64,000 bases of DNA from Camelus dromedarius (lineage: Eukaryota). The notes under the pieces are model-generated. The model did not search any database and was not told the origin of the DNA. It was given only the letters and a program-made list of their open reading frames with translations. Below, piece by piece: positions 56,005 to 64,000 of this stretch; the stretch's first letter is position 1, and each line of letters begins with the position of its first letter. The position numbers and the translations under genes are program-made. The stretch covers positions 24,554,001 through 24,618,000 of the forward strand of contig NC_087437.1 of the NCBI RefSeq assembly GCF_036321535.1, in the 5' to 3' direction.

Positions 56005-57055
56005 AATCGGAAACAAAACACCGAACAAAACCCTATTTAAGAGACTGAACACACACACGTATACAACATATTACTGAAAGAACCCTGAGCATCAAAACAG
56101 CCCCCACCCACACCCTCACAATCCTATTTTTTCTAAACCTGCCAATAGACCCAGGACCGAGTAAGAGAGAAAAGGCACCGAACCTTTAATTTCCCCCCCT
56201 CTTTTTCTTTCCTTTTCTTTTTTTGGCAAAGGCTTGGTAGCCAAGGGGTGGGGGGTGGGGGGCGTCGAGTAGAAGGCGGCCGCCTGACCAAATGCCGCCA
56301 ACCCTGAGGGCCAGTTTCTCCTCGGAATCCGAACAGGCTCTCTGGGATTCGGTTTTTTTTTCTTTCTTTCTTTCTTTTTTTGCTTTGCATTCTTGTACAT
56401 ACAGAATTATTAGCTTAAAACTGTACTGTTGGATTCTGTATATAGTTATATCTCGGTTGGAACGGGCGGGCGGGATCGTGGAGTTGTGGTCTTTGCATTG
56501 GGGGAGGGGGGAGGGGCCGGGCGGGAGGGGGAGGGAGAGGGGAGGGGGGGGTGGGTGGCCGAAAGCCAACTGTTTGTACTGAATGGCAAGAATGTTCTAG
56601 TAAATGTGTACCAAAATGTGAATTACTTTGTACGATTACAGTCTTCACGTCGACCTAACAGAATATTATTGGTATTAATGTGCTTTTTTTGTATAAAGTG
56701 CAAACATTTCGTCCCAAAGTCTAAGTACTTTAGTGCAGTAAAATGTTGTTTCACGTCCTGTCAAGAATTCGTATAGTACGAGCCTGGATCTGCGTGTCAA
56801 ACTGTTCCATTTGTTTATGTAAAGTGATATTAAAAAAAGATATAAACTATAACTGTCCGTTACTTTTGGCAAAAGATACAACCACATAATGTATATAATT
56901 CCTAGTTTCCATATTTATCCGCATGTAAAGGGCCGGTTTATTCATGTTACAGCTATTCAATATTTATGGCTAGAAGAACTCGTATGTACACTTTAGTTTC
57001 CAGAACTGTTTGGTAACCTTTCGTACCTTATTAAAGATTCTTAAATCTCAGTGAT
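56005..57055 (+). other. ZIC1: ZIC1 3' UTR (proximal form)
   Basis: AT-rich sequence after the stop; candidate ATTAAA poly(A) signal at 57030-57035 followed by GT-rich gtgattgtggt. End approximate; longer forms are possible. Confidence 0.65.
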
Positions 57056-58781
57056 TGTGGTAGGAATTTCTTCTTCACCCCCAGCAACCTGCTGCCTCTT
57101 CTGCCAGCCTTAGAGGGTCCCTGGAAAAGCTCACCAGTCTCCCTCGCCTTCCCTTTCTGTCATCGCAGGTCGTATAAACGTGATAAATGAACGCTACCCT
57201 GCTGGCTCTCCGAGAGGGTGTAATTAGTATTTATATCAAAATTTATGAAACAAATTTTCGGTCGCAGTATAATTTAAATGACCTTTGCAGACGTAGAATA
57301 ACAACCATAAAAATAACAGAAATAGATTGCACAGGCGACATCAATATTAATGTAGGCGAATTGTCAGAAGCTCAGGGGCTCGCTCTGCAGCGTTGCAAAT
57401 GAACTTGCAGCCGAGGGTTCCGCTATCCCCCAAATTAAATTCCCCGAGCTGAAACCGGGTTGCAGATTTACAATATCATATTTTAAATTGCTGTCTTCAA
57501 TTAAACCATTTATGGCCATAACTAATTTTCAGGATGTCGATGCATGCTTTTCCAAGCCTTCCTTCTTTGTACAAAAGTAAAAGTCCATAAAGCGTTTTAC
57601 TTATATTTTTTCAAACGTGATGCTAATTTAAATTAATTACTTCCTATGATATGTTATTATTCCTATAATTTTGCCACTATTATTAGTTCTCTCGAAAATA
57701 CATCTAGGGAAGAGAATTATTTTACGTAATTTGATTATCTTTCTCTTTTATTTATTTCTCATTTACTTAAGAAATTCGTTCCATTGGGTGGCGTTGATAC
57801 AGTAAATTTGTAAATGAGGAGACAATATAAAAAATCTAAATTACTTGTGCTTAATGACTGTAGCAGAACGCCTTTTCTCTAAATCAGATTGTCTTTCTTG
57901 CAGTTTAGTTTGATAGATTTGCAAGCTGTACTGCTCCCTCGAAGTTAGCTGCGCTGGTAGGAACGCGGGCTTCTTTGTCTCTGGTTGTAGCTTGCATGAT
58001 CGCCCCATTAAGCAGACAACGTACGGAGATCACAAATCAGGGCCTGGGCTGTAGCTACAAGGGTGTGGATGTGTCAGAGCAGGAGGCAGAAACTGACCTC
58101 AGTGTAGGCAAGGAGGAACCCAGACTTGCATTTTAACACACTATGTGTGTTCAGGACGTCACGGGCCATATTGATCCTGAGAAGGAAGGCAAGAGGGAAA
58201 AACTCTCAAGAGGTTGAGAACCCCTTAAGATACTCTCATCTGTTTCAAAATGTACCATTGAGCAATTGCAAAATCAAAATGTTCAATTCTCTTAAATTTT
58301 TTTTGACTTGTCCTTTCATCACTTGCTATTTGTATATGTCAATTGTAGTCAACAAAGTTTTCTTCGGTGAGGGGATTGGATGCACTTTCTGCAGCACATC
58401 AAAAACTGAGGATGGTGGTGTTTAACTTTTTTAAAAATGTTACTGTGATTTAGAGGAGTAAGTATCAACCTCTCATGAAAAGAGCGCCACCTTGCAAGAT
58501 TTGGTGAGATTTTAAGGAAGTTGAACACCTAAGCAGGAATAGCTGCTGTTTCTGAAAATTTGTGAGACCAAAAGCTGATCCTAGTTGGTTTTGGAGGTCT
58601 AAAATTGACTAATGGCATAGTATTTGAAGTGACTCCAGACATGGGGCCCCCAAATTAATAAACTGAAAGAGGAATAAAAATAGCTCATCTCTTTAGGAAA
58701 AAAAGATAAACACCTCAGTTAATAATCCTTCCCCTTTCCTTTAGAGATCAGGATGTCTGAGACCCTGATAGAAGTATGATA

Positions 58782-58810
58782 ATCATCATCATCATCATCA
58801 TCATCATCAT
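58782..58810. repeat. (ATC)n microsatellite
   Basis: About 9-10 ATC units. Confidence 0.9.
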
Positions 58811-61679
58811 AACAATAGTACTTTTGTAACTTTGTTAGTGCATTTAGGAGGGTAGTAAATGTGGGCATTTTTTCTTTGACCATTCCTGAAAGAAGTTTAC
58901 TTCTAATTTGGAAGTATAAATGTTTTACTATTTCTTATGTACCTGATGCCCTTTTAAACTTTAATATCACAGTAGAATAATTAAATATCATACTATGATA
59001 TATGATTTAAATAGGATATTTTAAAGATAAATTTTATAGATATTTACTTCCAGTTTCATATTTAAGAAAATTTTGTAGACACTGGAGGCCAAATACTTTT
59101 TTAGAAAAACATTTGAGGGGTACTGTGTTTGTGTTTGTGACTAATCTCACTCACAGGAAAGGAACTTTTATAGTAGAAGTTAATATTTGTGTCAACCCCC
59201 TTTATGTATTCTCTTCTCCAACACTCACCATAGAGAAAAAGTCATTCATGATGTAGGTTTCCTAAAATAATGCTTCAAACTTAAATGTAGTCTATTATTG
59301 TTCTGGTACCTTTAATGTCTGCTTCTTGAGATGAATTCTTCATACTTTTCTTCATGGGCTATTAGGTTTTGAAATACATGAATGTGAACAGCGAAATATA
59401 TTGTTAGACCCTATTTAGCAGCAGCTGAAGATGCTGCAAATGGCTGGTTTCTGTGTGTAGCTGTGGATTTTGATTTAGGCAGAAAGCTGTCCTGGTTCAT
59501 ATTTTGACTGCACTGTATTTTGTTACTATCAAATGATTAGAATGGCTAACAAGGTATTAAAAAGTTATACTGTGTCAACAAAAAAATGTCTGAGTACAAG
59601 CAATCATATTTGAGAATTGAAGAGGAATGAGTTGTGGTATGTGTGTGTGTGTACATGTACAGAGTAAGCATGTAAATATACCAGTACCACTTATAGGAGG
59701 GCTAAGCAATTTTCAAACATTTCAGACCCTTTGTTTTCTTCTTCAAAAGCTACCCCCAACTGCTTTAAGCATTTACAGCTGATGATTTTGATTTTTTAAA
59801 GTCAAGCATTCAAGTTAACCTTTAAGAAGCAAACTACCTCCAAAAGAAAGATGTAACCTTTCAATTGCCCCATATGCTTAACATTTTTTTTCTTTTTCCT
59901 TTTTTTTTTTTTTTTTTTGCTTTAGCTGACAATGAAAATAGCACTAACCTTCTTTGCTGATGGGCCTGGCATTTAGATGTTTTTATTTGTTGATTGTGAA
60001 GTTTTCTCAGAACTTTTAAAGGGCTGGGGACAGAACTACATTCCCCAAATACCTTACCTGGCCCTGAAACCTTCCTGATGGTTCCCTTTTTGAGGTCAAG
60101 TAGTCATCAATGTCCTGGACCCCTTGTGAATCAGTGCTAGTGGAGTCAGTAACTGAGCATACTCACACTGCTTCCCAGGAAGCAGGCTGGGGAAGGCCCT
60201 GGTCCTTAAAGAGCAGCGTCAGTTTAAAAATGGGTTGAGGAGTAACTATATGTGGTCCAGCAAACTCAAAATGAGGGCACTGAGCTTGTGCCTTTGATTA
60301 TTTGTGAACTAGGATATGAAGTCAGCAGATTCCGAGCTCACATGTCTTTCTTTTTTCCAACTCAAAGTACTAATTACAAATTTATTTTCTCTTCTCTAGG
60401 TACAGAGTTCTTGTTTCCTCCTAGCATTAAGTGTAGTTCTTAGAACTGTGTGTTCATATTAGAAAAACAAAGTGTTGCTTTTATAAAATTGGTCACAGTT
60501 GATGTCACTCTCTGGTTTTAGAATTCTTGAAAATAGAGTGGCAATGGAAAGATTTACCTCATCTCTGCCAGGCAAACCATTAAAGGTTCACATTACCTAG
60601 GTTTTTTTTTTTCTTTCAGTTTTTTACCACCCCATTCACTATCAGTAATACGTACCCATTTAAACTGGTTAGCTATAGAATGTAAGGCTTTCTGGGGGTA
60701 ACTATACAGCAATCTATTTTTTTCAAATGATAATCACTAGTTTGGGGCAAGAAATAAGAAAAAATGTTAATAACTTCCTATAGTATGTCACATTTGAGCC
60801 TTTTCCTCAAAGTTGGTTGCAAATATAATGGCATAATACACACAAAATATGGGCAATGTTCTCCATTAATCTGTGCAAGGCTGGTTCACTCCAGAGTGTC
60901 TCATTAAGCAAGAGGAAACCCGATCAGGCCAAACCAGGGTCTATTTTTACCATGCAAGCTGAATTCTGGCATTAGCTCCTAAATTTTATTTCCACTTTAG
61001 GGCAAGGACCTAAAATACTATTAAGTTTCCAATTGATGATGTATTGGAGGTAGGTTTTTCAAGAATAAGAAACTAGATTTAGCTATCTAGTATAGAAATG
61101 ATATTGCTTGGCAATGATACTAGAGACTTACTATTTTCTGTCAATTGTCCACAAAATTTTAGCTGCCTCTGATGATTGAGAGTCATCTTTGTAATTACAT
61201 GCGTAAGAATTCACTGGTTGTGAAAGAGTGATATTTTCACTGACAGCATATACAAGAATCAACAGTTAAGTGTGGATATAAACATACGAATTATATATTT
61301 AAAAAAAACCAGACGCTCGAAGGCTATCGACCTTAGCAAACTTTAAAAAAAATTATGTCTTTGCATGTCTTTTGTGTAACAATTCAATTAAGCTACAGAA
61401 AACAGGATGAGAGTGAGAGAAGCTCACATCCTGATTCCTTTTTACATTTTTTCCGTGTATCCGGGAAAACCCTAGCCTCTGGCAACGAAAACTGAAAGTT
61501 GTGGAGGAAGGTAAAACCACGAGAAGGGATAGGGGTGGGTGAATCTATGAGTCAAGGGAGATTTTTGTCCTGGAAAATTTCTTGAAAATGTATAAACACA
61601 GACTTTGGAGGTGGGTTAGTTGTGGTAGGGTGGAACAGCAAGCCTTTCCTCACAGCACTTCCACATAAGGCCTGGCGGT

Positions 61680-62050
61680 CAGCTTTTGAGGGGACCCCTG
61701 CGCCACCCTGCAGCCCGGCGGGGCGCTTTCCAAGTGGCTGCCGCGGGCTGGGGCTGGAGCTGGGAGAGCAGTGCGCATGCGCGGCCCGCGGCCCGCGGTT
61801 CCACGTGCTGATGAATATGCATGAGGCGCCCCCGCCCACGCAGCCCACGGAGGAATAGTTCTGAGGCTCTGGCGGATGAAAGCCGCTGGTGGGGCTGCCA
61901 AGATAGTGCGGCGAAGAAGCTGCACGTGTTTGGTTTGAAACCGCGCTGGTTTGAGTTCACAAAGCCAGGCAGAGTAGGCTCCAGCCACTGAGCCGGCCCC
62001 GCAGTCTCCGCTTTCCTAAGGGCCGCGGGCAGCTGGCTGCGAGGAGTGAA
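61680..62050. promoter_or_regulatory. Small CpG island with NRF1, E-box and POU-type motifs
   Basis: TGCGCATGCGC 61772-61782; CACGTG 61802-61807 and 61923-61928; ATGAATATGCAT 61811-61822; GC box near 61831. Confidence 0.65.
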
Positions 62051-63399
62051 TAGTGTCCACTTATGAGCCGTCCTCCTCCTGTCCTCTTCCTGGCTGTTCT
62101 CATATCCCTTGGCTCCTTGGAAAAGACATTCCCTCCAGTCACCTGGACCCTAGACAGAGCCGAAGCCTGAGTTGAGGGGCGGGACACTAAGGGTTTTCCT
62201 AGCTCCCACCCTCTTTTTCGTTCCATGATCTAGGCCTGAGTGTCCGCCTGTCTTTGTCTGTTTGTCTTTCTCCTCCTTGTCCTTTCTCTTTTGGGTTCCT
62301 ATTCCTCTCTCTGGCTGTGACCCAGGCCTTACATACCTGTGTAGGGGACTATCAGCCGCTTGCTCGATCCACTCCACCCTCCCAAATGATACTTGTCAGC
62401 TTGCATGTTTAAGAGCTGGTATAGTCCTGTTCACCTCAATCGTGCTTAGGTGGCGCAAATATGACAACTCGTGGAGGAACTGCCCTGGCCATGAGACCTG
62501 AAATGTGTAGGGTTTGGTTAGAGAAAGCCAGAGTTCAGGCACAGGGCTATTGCTTTCCTCTCCTGCTGACATTCTTGGGGTTCTGAACATTGCATGATAT
62601 TTTGTGGCCAGTGCACTGACATTTCCAGAGCCAGTGCATGACCGGTCTGGTGGAGTGACCAGCACTTGTAAACAAAGGGGAGGGGTAGTGGAGGGTCCCT
62701 GGGTCACTCGTTCCTCACACCAACGTCTATAGAGTTGTCTTTGGGTGTTTTTAGTCAAAATCCAAGGTACCATGACATCAGAAAATGGCTGCCAGACAGG
62801 TTCCAATTCTCCTCTGGATTTTACTTTGAACGGACAGATCCATTCCATGGCGCCCACCCCTCTTGCTTACCCCACTGCCAACAGGAAAGGCCTTTTGTCA
62901 TTGCCTGGTTCGCCCTGCGTCTAACCCACGACCAGCTTCACTCCCACCAGTTCTGAGATCCGGGGGCCATAGTATCATTTCACCTGACAGCCACCATTCG
63001 CCAAGTCTTCAGCTTTGAACCGGGAGGTGCAGCAGAAGGGTTTTAGAAACATTCCTACTAGGAAAAGGCCTTTCCTCCCACCCAGCTTCCGAGTCTCGGA
63101 GCTCAATAACACCAGGATGGTCAGAGAAAAGCCACCAGGACCTAGGCCCAGGGCCGCCTGGCAGAAGCTACTCAGCCTAGAAGCGGTCCCAGGGACTGGG
63201 TGGAAAGGGGTTGGCCCCCGAGAGTTCTCTTGTCCTAGATCCCCAGAGGACAGAGCCCCCAGGCGTCTACTCAGAGGCGAGGAATCCCTCGATCCACCGA
63301 ACCCCCGCCACAAGGGCTACCTCAGAGGAAACCCGTTCGCAATTTGGGTCCTTTTGTGTTTGAATATGTTGGGGGCGGGTGCGAGCTAGACTCTTATCA

Positions 63400-64000
63400 A
63401 CTCCACGCTAATTACGAAGACCTGTGTCAGGTTCCTCAGAGCAGAAAGCTCCAACCCAGCGTGGGTTCCTGCGTTCTTGCCCAAAAGGCCAAGGTCCAAA
63501 GAACCCTTTTCATTTGGCGAAGGGCGAGAGGGAAAGGAGGGGCGGGTGGGGGGAGCGGGCCGGGGTCTGCCAGCCAGCGGCCCAGCGCAGCGGACTTGCC
63601 CGGCTCCTCTGCTTGGCGGTCAGCGTCCGTGAGGGCGACGCGGTTGCCCTCTCCCGCGCTGGAAAGTGGGGACGCCCCTTCCCCGCCCCCACCTCCCCCG
63701 GGCGCCCCCGGGGTCGGCGCCAGAGCCCCGGAGGCCCGGAGGCTCTGATTTGAGGCGGCGAGGCGGGCTCTGGGGCCTCCCCTGGCCTGGCCGAGTTGCG
63801 TCTGCGAAGGCGACGGCGGGGGGGCGCAGGCCCGGGCCAAGGGGAGAGGGACCCCAAACCGGACAGGCGCTTTCCTCCCCGCCCCAGTCGCGCCTCAGTC
63901 CCTGTCCAAATTGCCCGTCTCCGGTAGGACTGACTGTCTGCCCGGCCTCAATCTGCTGCCAACCTTGCCCGAAATCTAGACCCCAGACCCGGTAAGTCGC
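63400..64000. promoter_or_regulatory. CpG island at the window edge
   Basis: High GC and CpG, several GGGCGG/CCGCCC boxes, donor-like CCG|GTAAGT at 63991/63992. Confidence 0.65.

Noticed and set aside
58480..58500. CTCF-like motif (also near 20745, 26650 and 32290)
   Set aside because: Only partial matches to CCASYAGRKGGC; not supportable without a PWM scan or ChIP.

Overview
Mammalian (eutherian-like) genomic DNA containing the head-to-head ZIC4 (minus strand) / ZIC1 (plus strand) zinc-finger transcription factor pair. ZIC1 is complete: CDS 52532-53513, 54941-55104 and 55807-56004, 447 aa, ending NFNEWYV. ZIC4 is complete: likely noncoding exon 1 at about 48802-48977, then CDS 45158-45089, 39147-38530, 33983-33662 plus 1 nt at 31594, 336 aa, with the stop codon TG|A split by the last intron and a 3' UTR of about 2.8 kb. 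The rest is transposon-poor regulatory DNA with many CpG islands, motif-dense candidate enhancers, microsatellites and a few old MER5A/MIR/L2-like fragments. I cannot identify the species and see no prokaryote-type system. Most notable: (1) an apparent fossil N-terminal coding exon in ZIC4 intron 2, in frame with the zinc-finger exon and broken by a single TGA, next to its own CpG promoter; (2) an identical GAATG|GTACGT splice donor inside the EWYV codons of both paralogs, which ZIC4 uses and ZIC1 could use with a strong acceptor at 57168; (3) a read-through ZIC4 tail EWYVCQ...Ala10. Comparisons with other species are from memory and need checking by alignment.
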